The position numbers were made by a program, and so were the translations under genes. Below are positions 17,804 to 27,005 of a DNA stretch of 64,000 nt, piece after piece; the first letter of the stretch is position 1; each line of letters begins with the position of its first letter. Under the pieces are notes generated by a model. It ran no database searches. It was not told where the DNA came from and saw only the letters and a list, made by a program, of their open reading frames with translations. Source of the stretch: a virus (Duplodnaviria; Caudoviricetes). Location: the IMG/VR virus record IMGVR_UViG_2934470325_000001, positions 44,623 through 108,622 of that record; one strand, 5' to 3'.

Positions 17804-18301
17804 CTACTGCTGCCGCTGCTGGGCGAGCTTGACCAGGTCGGCCTTGTCCTGCTTGGCGAGGTCGTCGTAGTTGCCGCCCTGCGCGACATGCCACTCCACC
17901 CACACCGGCTGGCCGGCGTTCGGGTGCGGCGCGGACCCGTCCTTGGGCAGCTTCGCCTGCGCGGCGGCCCTCTTGGTGTCAGTCGAGTCAGCGCCGGACT
18001 GGTCACCGGTGGGCTGCTCACCCGACGAGTAGGTGGAGGTGAGCACGCCGTCGCTGTCGCGGCGCGGCGCGTCGCCGTCGAGGTCGTCCGCCTCCGTCGC
18101 GGTGAGTCCGTCGGCGTTCACCCCGCCCGTCTCGCCCCCGCCCACCTTGACGACGAGGCCGGAGTCGAGCAGGTGCTTCAGTTCGGGGGCGTTGCCCGGG
18201 ACGAGCGCGCCCTTGTACATCAGGACGCGGGTGCGGCCGGACGGGGTGTCGGTGGACACGTAGGCGCATTCGCCAACGATCTGGTAGGTCGTGTCACTCA
18301 T
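17804..18301 (-). CDS. Hypothetical head-associated protein (C-terminal helix-extension-helix-like)
   Basis: Follows the capsid gene; acidic linker; WVEWHVAQG..DKADLV tail. Confidence 0.7.
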   Translation of the reverse strand: MSDTTYQIVGECAYVSTDTPSGRTRVLMYKGALVPGNAPELKHLLDSGLVVKVGGGETGGVNADGLTATEADDLDGDAPRRDSDGVLTSTYSSGEQPTGDQSGADSTDTKRAAAQAKLPKDGSAPHPNAGQPVWVEWHVAQGGNYDDLAKQDKADLVKLAQQRQQ

Positions 18302-18316
18302 CGGTCATCCGTCCTG

Positions 18317-19252
18317 TCAGCCCAGCGCGCCAGTGCCGGTGATCTTGATGGCGGCACCCGGCTCCTGGATGACCGGCACCGTGATGCGGCGGGCCCAGAT
18401 GTCCCAGGCGTCCCGCTCGTCGATCCGCTTCGTCTTGTACTGGAGCCCGTTGTCGAGGGTCGCGTAGCCCGGGTCCACGTCGGTCTCGTCGGCCATGCCG
18501 CCCAGCTCGTCCCGGTCGAACACCCACACATCGTCCGACGGGAGGTTCGCCACGGCGGTGGCGATGATCTCGTACTTGCCGAGACGGTCGATCTCGCCGC
18601 CGTAGATCGGGTTGTCGGAGGTTTCCCGACGCCGCAGCGCCGCGATCGCCGGATCGGTCACCAGCATCGCGTACTTGGTGGTGGACATGAGCACCGCGTT
18701 CGGGTTGTAGCCCTGGTTCAGGTCGACGATCTTCGCCGCCGCGACCTCCACGTCGCGGAACAGGGCCGGCGACGCGGCGTTCCACGCGGCAGCCGCCGCC
18801 GACGTGTTGGTGACCGCCGACGCCATCGCCGCCGTCGACAGCTTGTCGACCTTCGAGATGACCGTGTTCGCGGTCTTCCGCAGCGCCCGGTTCACCTCCT
18901 GGCCCATGTACACGCTGCGCTTCAGCTTCTCGTCGGTGAGTTGGACCGCCTGACCCCACTTGCTGACGGCAGCCAGCGCGGCGGTGCCCTCGGCGGGCGT
19001 GTCACGCGGGTACTCGGAGCCGGGGGCCACCGACTCGATGGCCCGGCTGTTCATGATCGGCTCGGACATCTCGTAGGCGACCGCGCCGCCCTGGGTGCGG
19101 ATGCGGTTGGTGAGGATCCGGTCCGCGACGAACCGCAGTTCGTCGATGGTGCGCAGCCGACGCTGAAGGCGGGTCGGGTCCTGGAGGAGACGGTGGATGG
19201 TGAGCAGGTCGCCGGCCAGCGTGGGGGCGGCCGGAGGGTAAGCGCCCGGCAT
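18317..19252 (-). CDS. Major capsid protein (HK97 fold)
   Basis: 311 aa; VAPGSEYP..KWGQAVQLTDE motif; synteny. Confidence 0.9.
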   Translation of the reverse strand: MPGAYPPAAPTLAGDLLTIHRLLQDPTRLQRRLRTIDELRFVADRILTNRIRTQGGAVAYEMSEPIMNSRAIESVAPGSEYPRDTPAEGTAALAAVSKWGQAVQLTDEKLKRSVYMGQEVNRALRKTANTVISKVDKLSTAAMASAVTNTSAAAAAWNAASPALFRDVEVAAAKIVDLNQGYNPNAVLMSTTKYAMLVTDPAIAALRRRETSDNPIYGGEIDRLGKYEIIATAVANLPSDDVWVFDRDELGGMADETDVDPGYATLDNGLQYKTKRIDERDAWDIWARRITVPVIQEPGAAIKITGTGALG

Positions 19253-19391
19253 TCGGGGGTTCCTTCCATGGTTGCCCGGCTGGCGGGCACGACGAAGAGG
19301 CCCGGCACGCGGGTGCGCGTGGGGCCGTAGGTGTGTGCGGGTGTTCCGGTGGTGCCCGCCGCCGGTCAGGTCGGCGGGCTACCGGGGCGGG

Positions 19392-19751
19392 TCAGATTTC
19401 CATCCACTCCACGGCCGCGCCGTCGGCGGCGGTGGTCAGGGCGATCCCGACGTTCGTGACGGCGGCAGTACCGGACGCGACAGTCCCGGCGGCACCGGAG
19501 TCGACGCGGGCGGCGGCGGTGATCGCGCCCGAGGCGGTGGACACGTGGACCTTGCCGCGCGGGAAGTAGGACACGCGGGCCCCGGACGCGGCGTCGAACG
19601 CCGCGACACCGACGACAGCAGCCGACGCGGCACCAGCCGGGCCGACGGTGCCGTTGCCGGCCACGGCGAGCACCTGCCCGCCGGTGATCGCCGTGGCGGC
19701 CGTGCCGGTGATCTGGTCGCCGTACAGGAACTTCGGCTCGTAGGCACCCAT
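19392..19751 (-). CDS. Capsid cement/decoration protein (DUF2190-like)
   Basis: Ala/Gly-rich, VVGVAAFDAASG..VGIALTTAADG. Confidence 0.85.
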   Translation of the reverse strand: MGAYEPKFLYGDQITGTAATAITGGQVLAVAGNGTVGPAGAASAAVVGVAAFDAASGARVSYFPRGKVHVSTASGAITAAARVDSGAAGTVASGTAAVTNVGIALTTAADGAAVEWMEI

Positions 19752-19753
19752 GG

Positions 19754-20308
19754 TCAGTTACCCCCGGTCGTGGCGGTCGGGCCGTCGAGGGCGGCCATCT
19801 GGCGCTCCCACTCGGCGTCCAGGTCGACGGTGGTGTCCGCACTGCCCGTGTAGCCGGACACGCCGGTCGGAACGGCGGTGCCGTCGGCGATCGAGTTGAG
19901 GACGTCGGCGATCACGTCGGGGGCCTTGTCGTACCGGGTCTCCCACGACTTCCGGTCAGCCGGCTTGATCTTCCCGGCCTTGACGGCGGCGTCGAGGATC
20001 GCGTTCTTCTTGTTCGCGGCCTCCCGGGACCGGATCTCGGCGAGTTCCGCCGACACGCGGGCCAGCTCGGCGGCGAACGGGTTGTCCGCCGGGGCGGCCG
20101 GCGTCTGCGGCGCGGCCGGGGCCGGGTTCGGCTGGGGGGTGGGCGACGGGACGGGGTTCGGCTCGGGGGCCGGCTCCTGCGTGGTCTCGTCGGGGTCGGG
20201 GTTCGGCTCATCGGACGGCAGACGCTCGTCGAGGGCCGCCAGGATGGCAGTCTCGTCGGCGGTGTCGTCCAGGCCGAGCCGGGAGCGGATCGCGCTCAGG
20301 TCGGACAC
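19754..20308 (-). CDS. Nested in-frame scaffold protein (internal start)
   Basis: AAGGGGG RBS just before the in-frame GTG at 20308 (VSDLSAIRSRLGL). Confidence 0.6.
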   Translation of the reverse strand: MSDLSAIRSRLGLDDTADETAILAALDERLPSDEPNPDPDETTQEPAPEPNPVPSPTPQPNPAPAAPQTPAAPADNPFAAELARVSAELAEIRSREAANKKNAILDAAVKAGKIKPADRKSWETRYDKAPDVIADVLNSIADGTAVPTGVSGYTGSADTTVDLDAEWERQMAALDGPTATTGGN

Positions 20309-21070
20309 AGGGTCCCCCTTCGGTTCGGGATTGGTTGCTTCCGGCTCGGCGGCCGGGAGTTCATCGGCGGTCGGCGTCTCGGTGACAGCAGCGACCGGGC
20401 GTGGCAGCCGGGGCGGGGGTGCGGCATCCCGACCGGCATAGTTGAAGATCGACAGATCCCAGCCGTTGCGGGCCGGCTCGGCGGGCTGCTTGTCGGTGTC
20501 CTGCTGCACCTCGTGCATCAGGCCGGCGGCGACCGCCTCAGCGGGGGAGTACCACGTTTCGGCGCGCATCGCGGCACGCCACTCGTCGACCTCACCCCCG
20601 GCGCGGGTGGCGTAGATGGAGGCGATGTTCGCCGACACGCGGTCGAGTTCGTCGACCATCTTGCCCATGTCGGCGGCGTTGCCGATGCACATCCCCCACG
20701 CCTCGTGGATCATCACCATGCCGTGGGGGGCGATGACCCGCTTGTCCCCGGCGAGGGCGATGAACGACGCCGACGACGCAGCCAGCGAATCCACGTACGT
20801 GGTGATGGACGCCTTGTGGTTCCGCAGCGCCTGGAAGATGGCGACGGCATCGAACACGTCTCCACCAGGGCTGCTGATGTGCACGTCGAGCCGGTCTGCG
20901 GTGATGGCGTTCACGTCGCGGATGAAGTCTTGGGCGCTGACCCCGAACCAGCCGATCTCGTCGTAGATCCACACTTCGGCGGCCCCCGTGGAGGCCAAGT
21001 TGTTGATCCGGTACCAGTCGCGGCGCGACCCATCAGCGCGAGCCAACGGCCGCGCGGTTCTCGGCTTCAC
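19754..21070 (-). CDS. ClpP-type head maturation protease fused to scaffold
   Basis: Start at GTG 21070 (RBS GGAGG). ISSPGGDVF, AASSAS, MIH and ETW motifs of S14/S49 proteases; Pro-rich linker and helical C-terminus. Confidence 0.92.
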   Translation of the reverse strand: MKPRTARPLARADGSRRDWYRINNLASTGAAEVWIYDEIGWFGVSAQDFIRDVNAITADRLDVHISSPGGDVFDAVAIFQALRNHKASITTYVDSLAASSASFIALAGDKRVIAPHGMVMIHEAWGMCIGNAADMGKMVDELDRVSANIASIYATRAGGEVDEWRAAMRAETWYSPAEAVAAGLMHEVQQDTDKQPAEPARNGWDLSIFNYAGRDAAPPPRLPRPVAAVTETPTADELPAAEPEATNPEPKGDPVSDLSAIRSRLGLDDTADETAILAALDERLPSDEPNPDPDETTQEPAPEPNPVPSPTPQPNPAPAAPQTPAAPADNPFAAELARVSAELAEIRSREAANKKNAILDAAVKAGKIKPADRKSWETRYDKAPDVIADVLNSIADGTAVPTGVSGYTGSADTTVDLDAEWERQMAALDGPTATTGGN

Positions 21071-21075
21071 AGCCG

Positions 21076-23142
21076 CTACCTCCAAATCGGGAACACGTAG
21101 CCACGGCACCGCAACCCGCCCTCGCAGGCGTGGTAGCCGGCGACCGGGTAGGCGGCCTGCGCTTCGACGACGGTGGTGAACTCGGTGCCGTCGATGTCGC
21201 GGCACGGCCGGCAGGTGTTGGAGTCGAGTTCTTCGACAGCCCTGAACCCGGCAGGGCGCGGATCGGCGGCGTCGAGGGCGGCGAGCCGGCCCGCGTTCTG
21301 CGCTGCCGTCAGCAGGGCACCCACGTTGTCGGCCACCCAACCCCGCCTGGCGGTGGAAAGCCCGTCGAGGTGGGCGCGTACCGCGTCGGCGACCTGCCTG
21401 GGGTCGCTGCTCGGGCCTGCGTGCAGCAGCCCGGCACGTCCCGCCCCGGTCGCATATCCGGCGGCCAGAATGCCGGCCGTGGCGTGCGCGGCGGCCTCCG
21501 CCTGTTCGCGGCCCGCGCCGTCAGGAACATTGAGCGTGACACCCTGCGCGGCGGCCTCCGCTACGACCTGGGCGACCGCCCCGGCGGCGAGCGTGGAAGC
21601 CCACCCGGCCAGGAACACGCCAAGCGCCGCGACCACCGCAGCGGACACGGCCAGGGTGCCGAGCGCCCCCAGGTCGGAGTCCTCGGCCGCCACCTCAGCC
21701 TGCCCCGCCAACTCGTCCACCATCGGCTGCGCCTGCTCCGGCCATTCGGCAAGCACATCGGCGCGCGCCTGCTCCCACGCCTCCTGAACAGCGGCCGGGT
21801 CAGGTTCCGGATCGGCAGCGTTGAACAGGGAAAGCTGACCGGTGCTCTGCCTGCGCCGAGCCCTGGACCGGGGACGCACCGCTGACGGCGGTGGTGTAGC
21901 CGACGGCGGACTGGCTGGGGTCGGCGGAGGAGCCTGCTGCGTGCGCTCCGGCAGCCGATACTCGCGGCGCACCCACGCTTCCAACGCCGGATCCGCCGAC
22001 AGGGCACCCGACGTCAACAGCAGTTGCAGCGACTCGGCAGTCACCTCACGCCGCGACCCGACGCCAGACACCACCACGCGGGGCACCGGCTCGGTCTCGC
22101 CCCAGTTCCAGTCCACGATTCGGGCGGCGATCTGCCGAGTAGCCGTATCCGCGATGGCTTCACCGATCGACTCCAAGGCCAGCGTCCAAGAGTCGATGAA
22201 CGCGGACCCGAGAGCACGCGACCCGGAATCCGTCGACCCGAGGTCCATGTGCTGCATCAGCACACTGCGGCTCATCTCCTGATTCAGGAACTTGATGAAC
22301 CCGAGCGTGTCCGGCACCGACCCCGACAGTCCGATGATCTTCGCGGTGAACCCCGGTGGTGTAACCAGCCCGGCTTGGTCGCCGGCCCGCGCCGCCGACA
22401 TCATCTGCTGCGCTTCCTGCATCTGCGCAAACGATGGGACGGTGCCGGGCAGCGCCTCAGCCACCGGGACACCCGCACCCCAACGCCGGTTCGAGATGGC
22501 GTTGACCCGCAACATCTCCCGCTTGATCAACCAAGCGGCGAAGGCAGGACGCAGCAGCGACGTGCCCTGCCACGACGCGCCCTCCCGGTCGTGGCAGTAC
22601 CAGACAAGCCGGCTGGCCGGGATCTGCGGCGACTGGTCTCCCCGCATCACCAACTGGTCGATGCCCAGCAGGGCACCGGTCTTCGGGTCGGCGTGGATCT
22701 CAGCGATCGTGCCCGGGATACGTTCCGCGAGCGCGGCCAGCCGGGCACGACCATCCACGATCTCAGCGGCAACCTCGAAGCCGTAGTGGCCCCACACGAG
22801 GCACAACAGCGCCGACCGCAGATGCTCCGACCACGACAAGCCTTGCCTGCGGAACGCCGACGGCGAATCGTCGCCAGCCACATTCAAGCCCATGCAGTCC
22901 GCGACGAACCCGGTCACCTCAGGGCGGCATCCGGTGCCGTCGAGCTGCCACTGCGCCCGCCGCAGTTGGAGCGTGTACCCGCCGTAAGCCCCGGAGAGTT
23001 GGGGATCACGGCGCATCTGCGCGTACATCTCTACCGATGCCGGATAGACCAGGTCGGGAACTGTCTCGTAGACGTCGTTGACCAGCGTCCCGTACTGGCG
23101 GTCATCGACCACGCCAAGCAGTCGGGTGGGGGGCGACGCCAC
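21076..23142 (-). CDS. Portal protein (DUF935-like) fused to a MuF-like minor head domain
   Basis: GTSLLRPAFAAWLIK portal motif; C-terminal DSNTCRPC..CEGGLRCRG. Confidence 0.85.
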   Translation of the reverse strand: MASPPTRLLGVVDDRQYGTLVNDVYETVPDLVYPASVEMYAQMRRDPQLSGAYGGYTLQLRRAQWQLDGTGCRPEVTGFVADCMGLNVAGDDSPSAFRRQGLSWSEHLRSALLCLVWGHYGFEVAAEIVDGRARLAALAERIPGTIAEIHADPKTGALLGIDQLVMRGDQSPQIPASRLVWYCHDREGASWQGTSLLRPAFAAWLIKREMLRVNAISNRRWGAGVPVAEALPGTVPSFAQMQEAQQMMSAARAGDQAGLVTPPGFTAKIIGLSGSVPDTLGFIKFLNQEMSRSVLMQHMDLGSTDSGSRALGSAFIDSWTLALESIGEAIADTATRQIAARIVDWNWGETEPVPRVVVSGVGSRREVTAESLQLLLTSGALSADPALEAWVRREYRLPERTQQAPPPTPASPPSATPPPSAVRPRSRARRRQSTGQLSLFNAADPEPDPAAVQEAWEQARADVLAEWPEQAQPMVDELAGQAEVAAEDSDLGALGTLAVSAAVVAALGVFLAGWASTLAAGAVAQVVAEAAAQGVTLNVPDGAGREQAEAAAHATAGILAAGYATGAGRAGLLHAGPSSDPRQVADAVRAHLDGLSTARRGWVADNVGALLTAAQNAGRLAALDAADPRPAGFRAVEELDSNTCRPCRDIDGTEFTTVVEAQAAYPVAGYHACEGGLRCRGYVFPIWR

Positions 23143-23160
23143 GGCGACACCCCCGTCCAA

Positions 23161-24486
23161 TCACATCGCAACCGTGTTGAAGTCGATCCCGCTGTCGGTG
23201 CCGCGCGGACGCCACTGCAACGGGTCGACGGCGTTCGGCCGCCGCCACGTTCCCTCCGTCGTGTGGACCGCGTACCGCAGCGCGTCTAGCCCGTGGTCGT
23301 CAACCTTGATGGGGGCGTCCAAACCCTGCTGCGCCTTGGTCGCATCCCACGAATACGACGGGAACTCGTCCACCAGCGCTTTGCACGAACGGTGAACCTT
23401 CAACTTGCCCGCAGCCAGCAACGTCGACAACGTGCGGATCCCGTCAGCAACCGCGTTACTAGCCGGCGTAGGAGCCCACCCGTCACGCCAAAGCTGCTGC
23501 ATGAACGACGCCGCCGACGGATCCACCACCACCGCCTCGGGACGAACCCCCACCGGGCCAACTGCGTCACCGGGCGAGCGGTAGCCGCCGAGCCACTTCC
23601 CGAACTCCGCCGAATACTCGGCGTCGGTCAGCGAACGGCGGTGCAGCTTCGAGTCGTACCGGTACTCACTCGCCACGTACAGGGTCTGCGACGCATCCAT
23701 GCCGACCAGCAGCCCGTGGAACGGGTTGGTGGTGCCGTAGTCGATGCCGACGGCGATCCACTTCCAGATCGGCGGGACGATGTCGATGACATGCTTGTCG
23801 GCGTCCCACATGTCGTAGATCGCGCCCTCGGCCATGCACCACTCGCCGAGCACGAACCGGCGGTAGAACAGGCCGACGTACTCGGCTTTGATGGCAGCCA
23901 CATACTCGGGGTCAAGCGCCGGGTTGTCGTCGAGGGTGAAGTGGAAGTTCGCGATACCCAGCTCGGCGGCGCGGAGGATGAAGTTCTTCCGCAGCCAGTG
24001 GCCCGGCCCATCCGGGTTCGTGGTGATCAAACACTTGGCACCCGGCACGGACAGGCGAGCCAGAAGCTGGTTGAAGAACGCCTCCGGGACCAGCGTGCCC
24101 TCATCGAGCAACGCCAAGCATGCCGTCAACCCCCGAAGCCGACCCTCAGCGCGCGCATCCGAAGCACCAATCAGGTGCACCGTCCGCCCAAGGATCGACG
24201 CCGTAGGCGCACCCCTGGTGTGATGCACCAAGTCGGCGACCGGCCCGAACAACGCCGGATCCTGCAACGGCTCCAGAATGTTCCGCTCGATCGTCTGCAA
24301 CGTCCGCCCGCAGATCAGCACCAGCCCCGACGGCGGTGCCTGCGCCACCTGAATGAGGAACGCGACCAGAGACGCAATAGTCTTCCCCGACCGGACTGCC
24401 CCTGACCAGATCGTCACCCGAGCGTGGGATGAGCCAGCGATCGACAGCACCTGCTTGCGGGACAGCGGCAGCGCATCGAGGTTCAC
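23161..24486 (-). CDS. terL: Terminase large subunit (PBSX-like)
   Basis: Walker A GAVRSGKT, Walker B LLDE, TTNP coupling motif, nuclease IDYG and DDHGLDALRY. Confidence 0.97.
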   Translation of the reverse strand: MNLDALPLSRKQVLSIAGSSHARVTIWSGAVRSGKTIASLVAFLIQVAQAPPSGLVLICGRTLQTIERNILEPLQDPALFGPVADLVHHTRGAPTASILGRTVHLIGASDARAEGRLRGLTACLALLDEGTLVPEAFFNQLLARLSVPGAKCLITTNPDGPGHWLRKNFILRAAELGIANFHFTLDDNPALDPEYVAAIKAEYVGLFYRRFVLGEWCMAEGAIYDMWDADKHVIDIVPPIWKWIAVGIDYGTTNPFHGLLVGMDASQTLYVASEYRYDSKLHRRSLTDAEYSAEFGKWLGGYRSPGDAVGPVGVRPEAVVVDPSAASFMQQLWRDGWAPTPASNAVADGIRTLSTLLAAGKLKVHRSCKALVDEFPSYSWDATKAQQGLDAPIKVDDHGLDALRYAVHTTEGTWRRPNAVDPLQWRPRGTDSGIDFNTVAM

Positions 24487-24986
24487 GGCTGTTCGCCGAC
24501 CGCACGGGCAGCGTCGTCTAGGGCCTGCGCGAGCTGACCGAGCATCGACTTCGCGCCCTCAGCGCCCCGGTCGGCGTCGAACTTCTCCAAGTCCAGATGG
24601 CGTTGGATGGAGATGCCGATGGCGACGTACGCCTCTTTGGCGTCCTTGAGCGGCGGCTGTTCGAGGGTGACCAACTCGGGTCCTTCGATGCCGCGCTCAT
24701 AGTACTTGTACGTCGACCACGCCCGCTCGCGGAACCGCTCCGCATCGTCGAGTAGCGCGGCGGCAAGTTTGGCCCGACGTGACCGGCTGTCCTCTACGAC
24801 CGCGCGCGTAGCTTTTTCGGTTTGCGACCGGTCGAACGCATCGGTCGCACCGGCCGCTTTGGCGATGTTGGTGACGGTGCTGACGGACACTTGGTGGTCG
24901 CGGGCTATCTGGTTGCGGCCTTTGGTGCCGGCTTTGATGTCGGCGAGGATCGCGGCGCGTGTGGTGTCGGGGATGCGGGGTGGCAC
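24483..24986 (-). CDS. Terminase small subunit
   Basis: N-terminal HTH (RNQIARDHQVSVSTVT); overlaps the terL start. Confidence 0.8.
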   Translation of the reverse strand: MPPRIPDTTRAAILADIKAGTKGRNQIARDHQVSVSTVTNIAKAAGATDAFDRSQTEKATRAVVEDSRSRRAKLAAALLDDAERFRERAWSTYKYYERGIEGPELVTLEQPPLKDAKEAYVAIGISIQRHLDLEKFDADRGAEGAKSMLGQLAQALDDAARAVGEQP

Positions 24987-25021
24987 ACGTCCTCACCTCC
25001 GCTCGGCGGGTTGCGGGCGGT

Positions 25022-25061
25022 GTTCCCGGCCCGGGGCCACCCGCATGTCCGGGCCGGGAAC
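25022..25061 (-). terminator. 13-bp stem hairpin upstream of the terminase small subunit gene
   Basis: GTTCCCGGCCCGG-N14-CCGGGCCGGGAAC. Confidence 0.6.
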
Positions 25062-25076
25062 GTCTGTGGGTGTCGG

Positions 25077-25409
25077 TCAGCGGAAGGTGTCGGTGTCCGG
25101 CTCAGTCGGCTCGGTGGGGGTGTCGGAGCCGTCGGCGTCGCCGACCTCCGTGTCGAAGGCGTCGAGCTTGGCGTTGGCGGCGTCGAGGGCGGCCTGGCCG
25201 TCGGGGGTGAGGTTTTCCCGTTCGGCGTTCATGGCGTCGCGGAAGGCGCGGAAGTCGGCGGCGATGTCGTCGACTTTGGCGGACAGGTTGTTGATCTGCT
25301 CGGCTGCGGTGGCCATGGCGGACTCCATTCGGTTGAGTTGGTTGTGTAGGTGGTGGTCGCGCAGGTTGGAGCGCAGCCAGTCCCAGAGGGTGAGGCGCGG
25401 GTGGGTCAC
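25077..25409 (-). CDS. Hypothetical coiled-coil protein
   Basis: GTGA overlap with the upstream gene; acidic helical sequence. Confidence 0.75.
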   Translation of the reverse strand: MTHPRLTLWDWLRSNLRDHHLHNQLNRMESAMATAAEQINNLSAKVDDIAADFRAFRDAMNAERENLTPDGQAALDAANAKLDAFDTEVGDADGSDTPTEPTEPDTDTFR

Positions 25410-25627
25410 TGGCTGCTCCTATCTGGGTCGTCGTGTTGGGCTTCGTGGACTTGGGAGGCGGTGAGCAGCGAGGCCGACTCGATGATGATGGCTAGGAAGG
25501 AGAGGCCGAGTACGACGGGTGGTTCGTCGCGGGCGAGCCAGAACGCGCTGAGGGGCCAGCCGGTGAGGGAGCCGATTAGCAATGCCCAGGCGGTGATGGT
25601 GCGGGCGCGGCGCATGCGGGCGGCCAT
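25406..25627 (-). CDS. Small 2-TM membrane protein
   Basis: RBS GGGAGG; two hydrophobic helices. Confidence 0.75.
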   Translation of the reverse strand: MAARMRRARTITAWALLIGSLTGWPLSAFWLARDEPPVVLGLSFLAIIIESASLLTASQVHEAQHDDPDRSSQ

Positions 25628-25643
25628 GGGTGCCTCCCGGTAT

Positions 25644-25688
25644 GCCGAAAGCCCGCCGAGCGGTGAGGCTCAAGGCGGGCTTGTCGGT
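25644..25688 (-). terminator. Leader terminator-like hairpin of the late operon
   Basis: On the minus strand AAGCCCGCC-TT-GAGC-N6-GCTC-GGCGGGCTT followed by T. Confidence 0.65.
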
Positions 25689-25729
25689 GGGTCGAAGTTG
25701 ACCGAAGAGACACTTCGGGTGCTGGCGGG

Positions 25730-25758
25730 AGCGTACATGTTGCGGTTCGCAAGAGCAA
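25730..25758 (-). promoter_or_regulatory. Candidate late promoter (-35 TTGCTC, 17 bp, -10 TACGCT)
   Basis: HrdB/SigA-like hexamers with canonical spacing in the intergenic gap ahead of the morphogenesis genes. Confidence 0.55.
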
Positions 25759-26166
25759 CTATGTGGTGGCGTGGGTGTCTTCTGTTTGCCGGTTGTGTTC
25801 GCGGGGGCGGCCGTTTTGGAGGTTGCGGAGGTCGCCGACTCGGTATTTCCAGCCGGCCCCGGTTTCGTGGCCGTTGAGTCTGCCGGCGAGGCGGAGTCGG
25901 CGAATGTTGGCGGTGGAGGTGCAGAGGAAGTCGGCGGCGTCGGCGGGGTCGAGTAGGTCGTCGTCTTCTGCGGTGACGACTTTCGGGATGACCCAGGTTT
26001 CGCCGAACTGTTGGGCGGTGGCGTCGGCGTCGTCGCATGCGTTGGGGTTGAGGGCGCGGAGTCGGGCCCGGTACATCTGGGCGATTTTGCGGGCGCGGAC
26101 CAAGGGGTTGTCGCCAGGGTGGGGCCACCGGTTACGTCCGGGCTGCCGGTCGAGTTCGGGGTTCAC
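25759..26166 (-). CDS. DNA-binding protein with C-terminal MerR/excisionase-like HTH
   Basis: LLDPADAADFLCTSTANIRRLRLAGRL..WKYRVGDL. Confidence 0.8.
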   Translation of the reverse strand: MNPELDRQPGRNRWPHPGDNPLVRARKIAQMYRARLRALNPNACDDADATAQQFGETWVIPKVVTAEDDDLLDPADAADFLCTSTANIRRLRLAGRLNGHETGAGWKYRVGDLRNLQNGRPREHNRQTEDTHATT

Positions 26167-26903
26167 GCGGCGGCTCCGGCGCGTTGCGGCCACACGAGGT
26201 TGGTGACGTACTGCTGGTAGTCGTCGTGGGGCCAGGTGGTGTGGCAGTTGTTGCAGTACACGTCGCAGGGGTCACCTTCGTGGCGGGGGTCGTCGCGGTG
26301 GAGTTCGTCGAGTCCGCAGCCGGAGCAGGTGCCGGGTAGGTGGGTGGTGCGGTGGGTGCGGCCGAGCATGCCGCGTGCGCGTTGGTGGAGGTGCTGTAGG
26401 TGGTGGATGGCTTCCCAGCCGGCGACGGCGGTGATGGTGTCTTCGCAGCCGGTGGGGTACACGTCGGTGTCTGCGAGGTTGGCGAGCTGGCGGAGGCGTG
26501 GGGTGAGGATGGTGATGGCTTGTTGGAGGGCGGCTCCGGGCCGTGGGGGGTGGTCGGGCTGCCAGGTGGAGAGGCCGCAGTGGTCGCGGATGACTTCTTC
26601 CCACGTGGTGGTGACGTGCACGATTTCTGCCTGTAGGGCTTCGGCGGCACCGTTCAACGGCATGGGGGGTGCGGCTTTGCCGGTGGGCTGCATGTGGATG
26701 GCCTGTGACAGGCTGGGGGCTTGGAGTTGTTCGAGGTCGACGTAGTCGTAGACGAGCGCCCGGATGTCGCGTTCAGCGGCGGTGAGGCAGGCGTCGCAGA
26801 GGGGCCCGCTGGTGGTGTCTGCGGGCAGGCGGGTGGTCGGCGTCCAGGCGCGGCACCGGGTGTCGGAGACGCAGTGTCCGGTGGTGGGGGTGGTGTCGTG
26901 CAT
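26163..26903 (-). CDS. Zn-finger protein, candidate late-gene regulator
   Basis: CxxC motifs at both ends (LCDAC, CSGC, CNNC); sits just upstream of the late promoter. Confidence 0.7.
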   Translation of the reverse strand: MHDTTPTTGHCVSDTRCRAWTPTTRLPADTTSGPLCDACLTAAERDIRALVYDYVDLEQLQAPSLSQAIHMQPTGKAAPPMPLNGAAEALQAEIVHVTTTWEEVIRDHCGLSTWQPDHPPRPGAALQQAITILTPRLRQLANLADTDVYPTGCEDTITAVAGWEAIHHLQHLHQRARGMLGRTHRTTHLPGTCSGCGLDELHRDDPRHEGDPCDVYCNNCHTTWPHDDYQQYVTNLVWPQRAGAAA

Positions 26904-27005
26904 GTGGGTGGTCTCCGTTCACGTGGGTACGATCGCGGTGACCTTCACGCGGGGGCGTGGTGGCTTGTTGGCGGCGGTCGGGTGAGGGTCCGGCCGCCGT
27001 CGCCG

